A stretch of DNA of 64,000 nt from Bacillota bacterium (GCA_023412715.1 JAEZCC010000010.1:9519-73518), one strand, 5' to 3'. Shown: positions 30,796 to 40,694, numbered from the stretch's first letter. Program-made: numbers and translations. The notes: a model not told the origin generated them from the sequence alone.

Positions 30796-30825
30796 TAGTG
30801 TTTGTAAGGAAGCAGAAGATTATAC
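30796..30825 (-). promoter_or_regulatory. sigG/sigF-like forespore promoter
   Basis: GTATA-N18-AACACTA on minus strand (sigG consensus GHATR-N17/18-CATACTA). Confidence 0.45.
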
Positions 30826-30850
30826 CATTATTTTTTGGAGATGATTGGGA

Positions 30851-32185
30851 ATGAATCGGCTTCCGCGGGAATTTCTTTTGAAGATGGAACGGCTTCTCGG
30901 GGAAGAGTTCCCGGCTTTCGAAGCGAGCTGCGGCCACCCGCCGTTCCGCGGGATTCGTCTGAACCCGCTGAAATGCGGCTTTCAGACCCTGAACCGCGCG
31001 CTCCCGGGGCTGGAGCCGGCCCCGTTCTCTCCGCTTGCGTATTATCTGCCGCAGACGGCGGAAAAAATCGGCCTCATGCCGCTGCATCACGCGGGGGCGT
31101 TCTATGTGCAGGAGCCCTCCGCGTCTTCCGCGGTGACGGCCATGGATCCGCGGCCGGGCGAAAAAATTCTGGATCTCTGCGCCGCCCCGGGCGGAAAATC
31201 GACCCAGATTGCCGCGCTTCTCGCCGGCAGGGGGCTTCTGTGGTCGAACGAGGTCGTCCGCGGCCGGGCGGATATCCTGCTGTCCAATCTGGAGCGCATG
31301 GGCGCCGCGAACGCCGTCGTTTCCTGCTGCCAGCCGGAAAAGCTGTGCCGCGCGCTTTCCGGCTGGTTCGACCGTGTCCTGGTGGACGCGCCCTGCTCCG
31401 GCGAGGGGATGTTCCGCAAAAGTGAAGAAGCGGTGCGCGACTGGAGTCCGGCGCATGTCGCCGCCTGCGCGGTGCGCCAGCTCGCGATTCTGCAGAGCGC
31501 CAGCCTTGCGGTGAAAGAAAACGGGGTTCTGGTCTATTCCACCTGCACGTTTTCAGAGGAAGAGAACGAAGGCGTGATTTCTGCGTTTCTGAAAGCCCGG
31601 GAGGATTTTGAACTGATCGATCCCGGCCTCGCTTTCGGACGGCCCGCCCTTCTGCCCCAGGCGCGCCGCATTTTCCCGATGGACGGCGGCGAGGGCCATT
31701 TCGTCGCCGTGCTGCGCAGAAATTCCGCCAATCCTCCCGCGGCGGCGGAATATGTGCCGGCAAAGGGCCGGAATGTCGGCATGGCGGAAGAGCTTTACCG
31801 GCAGGTTTTCAGGTCCGGGCCGGAGCGCAGAATCGAAGAACGCCGCGACGCCTTTTTTCTTCTGCCCGCTCTTCTGCCCGCGCTCGGCGGCCTGAACGTC
31901 CTGCGGGCGGGCGTTCTGCTGGGCAGGCTGCGCCCCGGACGCGTGGAGCCGGAGCACGCCCTCTTCATGGCGGCCGATCCCTCAAAATTGAACCGCCATG
32001 TCGATTTTACCTCTGATTCTCCCGAAATCCGCGCGTTTCTCCGCGGCGAAGAACTGGCGGTGCGGACGGACGGCATACAGGGCTACACAGGGGTCTCGGT
32101 CGAAGGCGTGATGCTCGGGTTCGGCAAATGCTCCGGCGGCAGGCTCAAAAACAAGTATCCCAAAGGCCTGCGCAACGCCGTCTGA
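30851..32185 (+). CDS. RsmF/RsmB-NOP family rRNA cytosine-C5 methyltransferase
   Basis: YVQEPSA, DLCAAPGGKS, VDAPCSGEGMFRK, YSTCTF, GEGHF, KNKYPKGLR. Confidence 0.92.
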   Translation: MNRLPREFLLKMERLLGEEFPAFEASCGHPPFRGIRLNPLKCGFQTLNRALPGLEPAPFSPLAYYLPQTAEKIGLMPLHHAGAFYVQEPSASSAVTAMDPRPGEKILDLCAAPGGKSTQIAALLAGRGLLWSNEVVRGRADILLSNLERMGAANAVVSCCQPEKLCRALSGWFDRVLVDAPCSGEGMFRKSEEAVRDWSPAHVAACAVRQLAILQSASLAVKENGVLVYSTCTFSEEENEGVISAFLKAREDFELIDPGLAFGRPALLPQARRIFPMDGGEGHFVAVLRRNSANPPAAAEYVPAKGRNVGMAEELYRQVFRSGPERRIEERRDAFFLLPALLPALGGLNVLRAGVLLGRLRPGRVEPEHALFMAADPSKLNRHVDFTSDSPEIRAFLRGEELAVRTDGIQGYTGVSVEGVMLGFGKCSGGRLKNKYPKGLRNAV

Positions 32186-32222
32186 CGCCGCCCGGGTCCG
32201 GAAAACAGTCGGGAGGGGAAAC

Positions 32223-33101
32223 ATGCGGATACTGGAATTTACTGTCCCCGGGGAATATGACGGGGTCAGATTAAAGGGATTCCTGCGCGGGTTCTGCGGA
32301 ATCTCCGCCCGGCAGTTTGCGGGCCTGAAGCGCCTGCCGGGCGGGGTCCTGCGCAACGGATTGCCTGTCATCGCGACGGACGTCCTGCAGGCGCAGGACA
32401 GAATCCGCGTCGCATTTCGGGACGACGACAAATTCCAGAAGCCGGTCCGCCTGGCTTTTGAGCCAATTTATGAGGACGAAGATGTTTTCGTGCTGGCAAA
32501 ACCGTCTGGGATGCCGATGTACCCGACCCCGGGGCACGACTGCGACAGCCTGGCCAACGCCGTTTCCTACTATTGGATGAAGTCCGGGCGGCGGTTTTCG
32601 TTCCGCCCGGTTTACCGGCTGGATAAGGACACGACCGGCCTCGTCGTGCTTGCGAAGAATTCTTATGCGGCTTTCCGGCTGGCCGGAAAGATTAAAAAGC
32701 TGTACCTCGCGGTCTGCGACGGGGTGCTGCCCGGCGGCGGTAAAATCGACAGGCCCATCGGCCTTATGCCCGGGCATACCGTCCAGCGGGCCGTCACGCC
32801 GGAAGGCGCCGGGGCGGTCACGCTCTGGCGCTGTCTTGCCGGGGACGATGCGTACAGCCTTCTTGCCGTCCGCATCCGGACCGGCCGGACCCACCAGATC
32901 CGCGTACATTTTTCCGACTGCGGCCATCCGCTAGCAGGGGACGATATGTACGGGGGCAGCAGGCGGTTCATTCCGCGTCAGGCGCTGCACTGCGCGCAGG
33001 TGAGGTTCCGGCACCCGGTGTCGGGCAGGATGCTGAAATTCCGGTGCGCTCTGCCGGCGGATATGGGCGCTCTCGCGGCGGCAATGAAATTAAATGAATA
33101 A
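32223..33101 (+). CDS. RluA family pseudouridine synthase
   Basis: KPSGM, YRLDKDTTG (catalytic Asp), TGRTHQIRVH, GDDMYG. Confidence 0.92.
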   Translation: MRILEFTVPGEYDGVRLKGFLRGFCGISARQFAGLKRLPGGVLRNGLPVIATDVLQAQDRIRVAFRDDDKFQKPVRLAFEPIYEDEDVFVLAKPSGMPMYPTPGHDCDSLANAVSYYWMKSGRRFSFRPVYRLDKDTTGLVVLAKNSYAAFRLAGKIKKLYLAVCDGVLPGGGKIDRPIGLMPGHTVQRAVTPEGAGAVTLWRCLAGDDAYSLLAVRIRTGRTHQIRVHFSDCGHPLAGDDMYGGSRRFIPRQALHCAQVRFRHPVSGRMLKFRCALPADMGALAAAMKLNE

Positions 33102-33156
33102 AATTTCATAATATCTGCAATTTATACTTGAAAACTGCATAAATATGCGATATAAT
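33093..33156 (+). promoter_or_regulatory. sigma-A promoter overlapped by ArgR/AhrC ARG boxes
   Basis: TTGAAA(33128)-N17-TATAAT(33151); ACTGCATAAATATGCGAT (33134-33151) and AATGAATAAAATTTCATA (33093-33110) resemble the ARG box TGMATAWWWATKCA. Confidence 0.7.
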
Positions 33157-33205
33157 ACAGACATACCAATCGAGAGATTATGAATTAATAAAGGGGCAGA
33201 TTTTT

Positions 33206-34087
33206 ATGCAGAGCATGAAGAAAATAATTGCCGCGGTTCTCGCGGCTGCCATGATGGTTCCGTTTGCAGCTTGTTCCGGGGGAAGCACGACCGCGTCGAG
33301 CGAGGCGGCAAGCTCCGCCGTGGGTTCCAAGGCGGCTTCTTCCGAAGCGGCCTCCGGATCCTCCGATGCGATCATCGTTCCGGACAGCATCAAGTCCAGC
33401 GGAAAAATCGTGATGTCGACGAACGCGGAATTTCCTCCCTTTGAATCGAAGGACAACAACAAGATTGTCGGCATCGACGTCGATATTGCGAATGTCATCG
33501 CTCAGAAGCTGGGCGCCCAGCTCAGCATCAACGACGTGGACTTTGACTCGCTGATTATGGAGCTCAAGAGCGGCAAATGTGATTTTGTCGCGGCCGGCAT
33601 GACGGTGACGGACGACAGAAAAGAAAACGTTGATTTCTCAGACCCCTATTTTGACGCCACACAGTCCATCATTGTCCCGAAGGGGAGCGCCATCAAGGTC
33701 CGCGCGGATCTTAACGGGAAGACGGTCGGCGTTCAGCAGGGCACGACGGGTGATACCTTCTGCACGAATGAAGACGGTTCCGGCGACATCAAGGTCAAGA
33801 GCGTACAGCGTTTCAACAAAGGCGCAGACGCGGTCACGGATCTTCTGAACGGCAGGCTGGACGCGGTCGTCATCGACGATTTTCCGGCGCAGAAATTCGT
33901 CTCCATGCATTCCGACAAGCTCCAGAAGCTGAGCGACGCACTTACCGTGGAGCATTACGCCATCGCGGTCAAGAAAGGGAACACGCAGCTTCTGAATGAC
34001 GTCAACCTCGTTCTGAAAGAGCTGAAATCCAGCGGGAAGCTCGACGAAATCATCAACACGTATAAATCTTCGCTGGAAAACGGCTGA
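33206..34087 (+). CDS. Polar amino-acid ABC transporter substrate-binding lipoprotein (probably arginine)
   Basis: Lipobox FAAC; TNAEFPPFE, GIDVDI, AGMTVTDDR, GVQQGTTG (SBP_bac_3). Confidence 0.9.
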   Translation: MQSMKKIIAAVLAAAMMVPFAACSGGSTTASSEAASSAVGSKAASSEAASGSSDAIIVPDSIKSSGKIVMSTNAEFPPFESKDNNKIVGIDVDIANVIAQKLGAQLSINDVDFDSLIMELKSGKCDFVAAGMTVTDDRKENVDFSDPYFDATQSIIVPKGSAIKVRADLNGKTVGVQQGTTGDTFCTNEDGSGDIKVKSVQRFNKGADAVTDLLNGRLDAVVIDDFPAQKFVSMHSDKLQKLSDALTVEHYAIAVKKGNTQLLNDVNLVLKELKSSGKLDEIINTYKSSLENG

Positions 34088-34108
34088 TTGGTCCGGCGGG
34101 TCATTATT

Positions 34109-34284
34109 CAGGCGTCTGAAAATCGCGCAGAGCAAGACGGCGGACCTGCAAATGAGGAAGCATATTTTGTATGCGGCCGAATTTTGCAGGTTCAGCCGCG
34201 CAGTCGGGCAGATTGCCAGACTGTTTTGCAGCCGCGCGATTTCGCCGACCGCCTGCGGGGTGCAGATTTCGGTTTGCATCCCGC
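34109..34284 (+). other. Multi-stem structured intergenic element within the ABC operon
   Basis: At least five complementary stems visible by eye (see findings). Confidence 0.55.
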
Positions 34285-34312
34285 ATTTGCGTTACATCAA
34301 GGAGGATGAAGA

Positions 34313-35038
34313 ATGAATCCGATTTTTGCCGCGCTGCCGATGGCTTTTTTTCAGGATATGGGGCATGAATTTTATCAGTCCCTGATTGAGAGCAACCGGT
34401 ACGAGTACATCCTGATCGGTTTGGAGAATACGCTGATTCTTACCGTCTTTGCGGTTCTGATCGGCGTCCTGCTGGGGACGATTGTCGCGCTGGTCAAGGT
34501 TGCCCATGTGGGAAAGCCGAAGAAGCTGCGCATTGCGAACGGGATCTGCACGCTATACCTTACCATTATCCGCGGGACGCCCGTCGTGGTGCAGCTGATG
34601 ATTATGTATTACGTCATCCTTACGAGCGCCGACAAGATGGTTGCGGCCACTTTGGCGTTCGGCATCAACTCGGGGGCGTATGTCGCGGAGGTCATCCGCA
34701 GCGGCATCCTTTCCGTCGATCACGGGCAGATAGAGGCAGGCCGTTCCCTCGGCCTGAGCCAGCGGACGACCATGTTCAAGATCGTGTTCCCGCAGGCGCT
34801 AAAAAACGTGCTTCCCGCTATCGGCAATGAATTCATCGCGCTTTTGAAAGAGACGTCCGTAGCCGGTTATATCGGTGTTCAGGACCTGACCAAGGGCGGC
34901 GATATCATCCGCAGCATCACATACCTTGCGTTTACTCCGCTGCTGACGACGGCCCTTGTGTACCTTGTCATCGTAATCGGCCTGACTGCGCTTCTTACGA
35001 AATTTGAAAGGAGGCTGCGTAGAAGTGATAACCGTTAA
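34313..35038 (+). CDS. Polar amino-acid ABC transporter permease
   Basis: [30 protein letters not shown] (EAA loop), LLKETS. Confidence 0.93.
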   Translation: MNPIFAALPMAFFQDMGHEFYQSLIESNRYEYILIGLENTLILTVFAVLIGVLLGTIVALVKVAHVGKPKKLRIANGICTLYLTIIRGTPVVVQLMIMYYVILTSADKMVAATLAFGINSGAYVAEVIRSGILSVDHGQIEAGRSLGLSQRTTMFKIVFPQALKNVLPAIGNEFIALLKETSVAGYIGVQDLTKGGDIIRSITYLAFTPLLTTALVYLVIVIGLTALLTKFERRLRRSDNR

Positions 35039-35759
35039 AGGCCTGAAAAAAAGCTTCCATACGCTCGACGGGGACGTTGAGGTTTTAAAGGGAATTGATC
35101 AGGAGATTGAAAAGGGCGAGAAGGTCGTCGTGGTCGGCCCGTCCGGCTCCGGCAAAAGCACCTTTCTGCGCTGTCTGAACCTGCTGGAGGAGCCTTCTGC
35201 CGGGGAGGTCTGGTTCGAGGGCCAGCAGATCAATCAGCCCGGGTGCGACATCGACGCGCTGCGCCGCAAAATGGGCATGGTGTTCCAGCATTTCAATCTC
35301 TTCCCGCATCTGACCGTCCGGCAGAACGTCACCCTTGCGCCGGTCAGCCTGAAGCTGAAAACACAGCGGGACGCCGACGAGCAGGCCCGGCAGCTTCTGG
35401 CGCGCGTCGGCCTTGCGGATAAGGCCGACGCCTACCCGGGGCAGCTTTCCGGCGGGCAGAAGCAGCGCATTGCCATTGTGCGCGCCCTCGCGATGGAGCC
35501 GGACGTGATGCTGTTCGACGAGCCCACGAGCGCCCTGGACCCCGAAATGGTCGGCGAGGTGCTTGCGGTCATGAAAGAGCTTGCGGACGACGGGATGACC
35601 ATGATCGTCGTGACGCATGAAATGGGGTTTGCGCGCGAGGTCGCGACAAGGGTGCTGTTTATGTCCGACGGTCAGATTCTGGAAGAATCAAAGCCGGACG
35701 ACTTTTTTGATCATCCCCGGAACCCGAGGCTCCAGGACTTTTTATCAAAAGTGCTTTAA
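35025..35759 (+). CDS. Polar amino-acid ABC transporter ATP-binding protein (GlnQ-like)
   Basis: [35 protein letters not shown] start overlapping the permease end. Confidence 0.94.
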   Translation: MITVKGLKKSFHTLDGDVEVLKGIDQEIEKGEKVVVVGPSGSGKSTFLRCLNLLEEPSAGEVWFEGQQINQPGCDIDALRRKMGMVFQHFNLFPHLTVRQNVTLAPVSLKLKTQRDADEQARQLLARVGLADKADAYPGQLSGGQKQRIAIVRALAMEPDVMLFDEPTSALDPEMVGEVLAVMKELADDGMTMIVVTHEMGFAREVATRVLFMSDGQILEESKPDDFFDHPRNPRLQDFLSKVL

Positions 35760-35831
35760 TTTTTCTCCCGGTCGTGCTACTATAAGAATCAGCCTGAACC
35801 TGTCTTGCTGAGAAACCGGGGTGTTTAATCG

Positions 35832-36719
35832 GTGGCTGGAGCCATTTCCCATTATCTTTTGGCCCAAAGGGTGTTGAAAGAATATCAGAAGTCCGGCGGC
35901 GAGCCCATTTGTCAATCCGCTTTTTGCTGGGGCGCGCAGGGGCCGGACTTTCTTTTTTACGATTTTCCGCCGCTTGGCCAGAGGCAGTGGCTTGCGGTGC
36001 TCGGCAGCCGGATGCATAAGGGGGACCCGAGCGAGCTTTTTTCCGCTATGCGCAGCTATTGCGCCGGCAGGCCCCGGGACGTCGTCTCCCGGTCTTACCT
36101 GTTCGGCTTTTTATGCCACTACAGCCTGGACCGGAACGTGCACCCCTATGTGTACGCGCAGATACGGGAACTGAAAAAGCTTTATCCGGATCGCCCCGGC
36201 GTCTTTCTCCACAGCCAGATCGAAACGGCCCTGGACAACATTACGCTCCGCTTTGAAAGCGGCGATCTGCCGACTTCGTTCGACCTCAAGAAAACGGTGC
36301 CGAAGGATCCGGAAGTTCAGAAACAGATTGCCGCGCTATACGCCTTCGTCTTCCGCAAGCTTTACGGCAGGCAGCAAGACGAGGCCGGGGTCCTCGCCGC
36401 CATGCGCCACTGCCGTCTTGCGGGCCGCCTGCAGAACGACAGGACCGGCTTCAAAAAGACGTTTTTCCAATCGGTGGAGGGCCGCCTCCATAAATATTAT
36501 CTTTCCTGCTTTTTTCACGGCATGATGGAGGACGACGATTACGACTATGCGAATATTTCCGGCGCTCCGTGGGCCTGGCCGCCCGCGGCGCCCCGTCCCC
36601 GCACCGAGACTTACCTTGACCTTTACCGGCAGTCTGCGGCGGAAAGCCTTGATTTCATCAGCCGGTTCTTTTCCGTGGAACATTATGATTCCTTTACCGA
36701 CCATATTCCATTTTCATAA
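35832..36719 (+). CDS. Zinc-dependent phospholipase C family protein
   Basis: N-terminal SH, GAQGPDFLFY, MH, GFLCHYSLDRNVHPYV, H..IE motifs; no signal peptide. Confidence 0.75.
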   Translation: MAGAISHYLLAQRVLKEYQKSGGEPICQSAFCWGAQGPDFLFYDFPPLGQRQWLAVLGSRMHKGDPSELFSAMRSYCAGRPRDVVSRSYLFGFLCHYSLDRNVHPYVYAQIRELKKLYPDRPGVFLHSQIETALDNITLRFESGDLPTSFDLKKTVPKDPEVQKQIAALYAFVFRKLYGRQQDEAGVLAAMRHCRLAGRLQNDRTGFKKTFFQSVEGRLHKYYLSCFFHGMMEDDDYDYANISGAPWAWPPAAPRPRTETYLDLYRQSAAESLDFISRFFSVEHYDSFTDHIPFS

Positions 36720-36731
36720 GGAGTGAGCATT

Positions 36732-37193
36732 ATGATGAAGCGCATTGCCAGTTTCAGCGTCGACCACACCAAGCTGGTCCCGGGGATCTATCTTTCCCGC
36801 GTGGACGGCGACATCGTTACCTACGACATTCGGATGCGCAAGCCGAACACGCCGCCTTACCTTGAAAACGCCGCGCTGCATACCATAGAGCACCTGTTCG
36901 CCACGTTCGCCCGCAATTCGGGGTACGCCGACCGGGTGATTTATTTCGGGCCTATGGGGTGCCGCACGGGCTTCTACTTCCTTCTGCGGGACGTAGACAA
37001 AGACGAGGCCGTAAAGCTGATCATCCGCATTTTCCGTCAGATTGCGGAGTACGGCGGGCCGATTCCGGGAGCGGCCCTGGAAGAGTGCGGCAACTGCCTT
37101 GAGCACGATCTGCAGGGCGCCGCGCGCGAAGCAAAGAATTTTCTTCCCGTGATTCAGGACTGGAACAGTGAAAAGCTGAAGTATCCCTCCTGA
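36732..37193 (+). CDS. luxS: S-ribosylhomocysteine lyase
   Basis: IASFSVDH, HTIEHL, GPMGCRTGFY, ECGN..EH. Confidence 0.95.
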   Translation: MMKRIASFSVDHTKLVPGIYLSRVDGDIVTYDIRMRKPNTPPYLENAALHTIEHLFATFARNSGYADRVIYFGPMGCRTGFYFLLRDVDKDEAVKLIIRIFRQIAEYGGPIPGAALEECGNCLEHDLQGAAREAKNFLPVIQDWNSEKLKYPS

Positions 37194-37231
37194 ATCTTTC
37201 AGGCTGCGTCTGAAAAAATCCTGCTTAAGGG

Positions 37232-37289
37232 TTGCAAAATTGTTATGTTTGTTATATGATAGGTCTATCATTATTACAAGTTTGTAACA
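37232..37289 (+). promoter_or_regulatory. sigma-A promoter plus WalR-type direct repeat
   Basis: TTGCAA-N17-TATGAT; minus strand 37289-37273 reads TGTTAC-AAACT-TGTAAT = TGTWAH-N5-TGTWAH. Confidence 0.6.
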
Positions 37290-37319
37290 TTTTGCGATTC
37301 GTTAGAAAGGTTATTTGCG

Positions 37320-39029
37320 ATGCAGCGGCAATTTTTTTCCATCAGAGCCTTGGTGCGGCATTCGACGGATTTCTGCGCTGTTCTTCACATCCGTTGGTGC
37401 CGCTTTTTATATATTGTGGGCATTCAGACTCTTCGGGTCTGCAAACGCCTGAACAGGCGGCTGCGGCATGCGTTTCGGCCTGTCGCCTCGGCGGCGGCAG
37501 CGGTTTATTTACAGACGGCCGGAAAGCGGCTTCGCAGGCTGCGGCAGGAGCTGCTCGCCGCCCGCGCGGCTTTTTCAAGATTCCGCGCCGTTTTTTCGCG
37601 TCCGCGGCATACCGGGTTTCTGCAGGCTCTGAGGGAATATTCCCGCTTTACGCACCGGGGCGCCGGGCTTCACCGTGAATTTCTGTCTTCCGTTTTCCAC
37701 TTCACCCTTGCCGCCGCATCGGTCCTTTTGCTTGTTTTGACCGCGCACCGCTGGAACACGATGAGCTTCGGCCTGGTCCTGACCAATCAGGGGCAGCAGA
37801 TTGCCGCCATTCAGAACGAAAGCGTTTATGAGCAGGCCACGGAAATGGTCAACCAGCGCATGGTGCACGACACGGCGCAGAAATCCTCGGAAATCAAATT
37901 TGCGCCGAGCTTCCGGCTTACCGCCGGGAAGGCCGATTATCTCACCCCCAACTCGGTGTGCGATCTGCTGATCCGGCAGTCCGACGGCATCATAGAAGAG
38001 GCGAGCGGCCTTTATATGGACGGCGAGCTGGTGGGCGCCGTGAAGAGCGGCGCGGACCTGCGGTATATTCTGGACGGAATCCTGAACGCCGCGCGCGGGA
38101 ACGACCCGAACGTGAAGGCCCAGTTTACAAAGAACGTCGAGATTGTGAGCGGCCTTTTCCCGACCATGTCGATCATCAGCACGGACTCCATGCAAAAGCT
38201 GGTGGGGGGCACCTCGAAGGCCGCCGTGACCTACACGGTCCGTCCGGGCGACACGGCCACCTCCATTGCGGGCGCGAACCACACCACGGTCGCGGAACTG
38301 AATAAGATCAACAACAACCAACTGGGGGATATGCTGCATCCGGGCGACCTGATTAACCTGGAGCGTGCGGTCCCCACGCTGGAAGTGGAACTGGTCAAAA
38401 CGGTGACCTACGACGTTGAGATTCCCTACACCACCGTGACGCGCGAGGACGACACCCGTTACACCGATTATACCAAAGTGGTTACGGAAGGCGTAAACGG
38501 AAAGCAGCGTCTTACGGACCAGGTCCACACGGTAAACGGCGCGGAAACCTCGCGGATTAACCTTTCCGCCACGGTGCTTCAGCAGCCTGTCGACAAGGTC
38601 GTTTTAACCGGCACGAAAAAGAGGCCGCAGAACGAGACCGGCGTCGCCAGCGGAAAGTTTATGTGGCCGGTGCCGTCGCTTCATACCATTACGACTTATT
38701 TCACATGGCGGTGGGGCGCTTTCCACACCGGTATCGACATTTCGGGATCCGGCGCGTACGGCAGGACAATCGTCGCCTCCGACGGAGGAGTGGTCACCCT
38801 GGCCGGTCCGAACGACGGGTACGGGAACTGCATCATCATCAGCCACGGCAACGGATACAGCACGCTTTACGGCCACTGCAGCAAGATTCTGGTCACGGCG
38901 GGGCAGAGCGTTTCCAAAGGGCAGGCTATCGGCAGGGTGGGGAGCACGGGAAATTCAACCGGGCCGCACTGCCATTTTGAAGTGATCAAGAACGGAACGA
39001 AAGTGAATCCGTTACAATATGTGTCGTAG
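37320..39029 (+). CDS. M23 peptidase with LysM and G5 domains (cell-wall hydrolase)
   Basis: TM segment; LysM YTVRPGDT..SIA; G5 EIPYTT...EGVNG...VVLTGTK; M23 HTGID, YGH, STGPHCHFEV. Confidence 0.9.
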   Translation: MQRQFFSIRALVRHSTDFCAVLHIRWCRFLYIVGIQTLRVCKRLNRRLRHAFRPVASAAAAVYLQTAGKRLRRLRQELLAARAAFSRFRAVFSRPRHTGFLQALREYSRFTHRGAGLHREFLSSVFHFTLAAASVLLLVLTAHRWNTMSFGLVLTNQGQQIAAIQNESVYEQATEMVNQRMVHDTAQKSSEIKFAPSFRLTAGKADYLTPNSVCDLLIRQSDGIIEEASGLYMDGELVGAVKSGADLRYILDGILNAARGNDPNVKAQFTKNVEIVSGLFPTMSIISTDSMQKLVGGTSKAAVTYTVRPGDTATSIAGANHTTVAELNKINNNQLGDMLHPGDLINLERAVPTLEVELVKTVTYDVEIPYTTVTREDDTRYTDYTKVVTEGVNGKQRLTDQVHTVNGAETSRINLSATVLQQPVDKVVLTGTKKRPQNETGVASGKFMWPVPSLHTITTYFTWRWGAFHTGIDISGSGAYGRTIVASDGGVVTLAGPNDGYGNCIIISHGNGYSTLYGHCSKILVTAGQSVSKGQAIGRVGSTGNSTGPHCHFEVIKNGTKVNPLQYVS

Positions 39030-39410
39030 AGATTTCAGCGGGATGAAAAAATATTGAACAAAAGTGATTTCATCTTTTGATTGATGTTGACTTTTTCTTT
39101 TTTGTGTATTATTATCATTAGGAACGTTGAAAAGCAGTGTGAAAGCGGTTTTACCCGGCGGCAGCATATTGTTTCCGTATGACGGAAGGCCCCGGGTTTC
39201 GTTCTTTATAACCACAATGAATGGTAATACGGACTGCCATATGCAATTGCATAAAAGCATTTGCCGTATGTTTTTTATTGTCTGTTTTAACTTTTTTTAC
39301 TTTGTATTTTGCAAGTAATTTCAAACCGTTTTCTTGACTGCGGCGCTAAATATTTCGTGAAAACTTGTTATAATAGTAATGCTTGATTTTTAGAAATGGA
39401 GCGTACCGCA

Positions 39411-40694
39411 TTGGACAAATTTGTTATTAAGGGCGGTTGCCGCCTGCAGGGCGAAGTCAATATCAGCGGTGCAAAAAACGCTGCGATTGCAATCATACCG
39501 GCGGCTATTTTGTCTGACGGCATCTGCAGAATTGAAAATATCCCGGATATTACCGACGTGACTTCCATTACCAGAATCCTGTATGACATGGGGGCAAAAA
39601 TCCGCAGCATCAATCGCTCGACCATCGAGATCGATCCGTCTTCGATCAGAACGTATATCGCCTCGGAAGAACTTGCGCGGCATATGAGGGGTTCCTACTA
39701 TCTGCTCGGCGCACTGTTGGGGAAATTTCACCATGCGGTCGTTACCATGCCCGGCGGCTGTGACTTCGGCGTCAGGCCGATTGATCAGCACCTGAAAGGA
39801 TTTGCCGCTCTGGGTGCAAAACACCGCTTGGAAGGCGGCATGGTCGACGTCTATGCGGACAGGCTGGTCGGCAGCCATATTTACCTCGACGTGGTGTCGG
39901 TGGGGGCGACCGCCAATATCATTCTGGCCGCAGTCAAAGCCGAGGGGACGACTGTAATCGAGAATGCGGCGAAGGAACCGCACATTGTGGATTTGGCGAA
40001 CTTCCTGAACTCCATGGGTGCGGATATCCGCGGAGCCGGGACGGACGTCATAAAGGTCTGCGGCGTCCAGCACCTGGACGGGACAAGTTATTCCATTATT
40101 CCGGACCCGATTGAAGCCGGCACCTATATGGTGGCCGCCGCCGCGACCGGGGGCGACGTTCTGGTCAAAAACGTCATTCCGAAGCATTTGGAATCCATTT
40201 CTGCAAAGCTGGAAGAAATGGGCGTTGAATTGACCGAATTCGATGATTCCATCCGCGTTGCCCGCAATCAAAAGCTGAACAAATGCAACATCAAGACAAT
40301 GCCGCACCCGGGCTTCCCGACGGATATGCAGCCGCAGATTGCGGTGCTGCTGTCGCTTGCCGAGGGGACCAGCATCATAAACGAAAGCGTGTGGGACAAC
40401 CGTTTCCGCTATGTGGAGGAATTGAAGCGCATGGGGGCGCAGATTTCGGTCGACGGCAAGCTGGCCGTCGTCGAGGGCGTCGATCACTTGGATGCCGCGC
40501 CGGTCAAGGCCACCGATCTGCGCGCGGGCGCTGCGCTGGTCATCGCGGCTCTGTGTGCCCGCGGAACAACCCAGATTGAAAATATCCGGCAGATTGAGCG
40601 CGGATATGAAAATATCGACTTGAAGCTTCAGAGTCTCGGCGCCGATATCCGCCGCGTCCCGATTCCCGAGCAGGAAACGGCGCAGGCAATCTGA
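39411..40694 (+). CDS. murA: UDP-N-acetylglucosamine 1-carboxyvinyltransferase
   Basis: SGAKNA, MRGSYY, PGGCDFGVRP (active Cys), SVGAT, PGFPTDMQ, DLRAGA; TTG start after GGAG. Confidence 0.95.
   Translation: MDKFVIKGGCRLQGEVNISGAKNAAIAIIPAAILSDGICRIENIPDITDVTSITRILYDMGAKIRSINRSTIEIDPSSIRTYIASEELARHMRGSYYLLGALLGKFHHAVVTMPGGCDFGVRPIDQHLKGFAALGAKHRLEGGMVDVYADRLVGSHIYLDVVSVGATANIILAAVKAEGTTVIENAAKEPHIVDLANFLNSMGADIRGAGTDVIKVCGVQHLDGTSYSIIPDPIEAGTYMVAAAATGGDVLVKNVIPKHLESISAKLEEMGVELTEFDDSIRVARNQKLNKCNIKTMPHPGFPTDMQPQIAVLLSLAEGTSIINESVWDNRFRYVEELKRMGAQISVDGKLAVVEGVDHLDAAPVKATDLRAGAALVIAALCARGTTQIENIRQIERGYENIDLKLQSLGADIRRVPIPEQETAQAI

Noticed and set aside
39127..39318. 63-aa ORF in the M23-murA gap
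   Set aside because: No convincing SD; composition follows T-rich non-coding sequence
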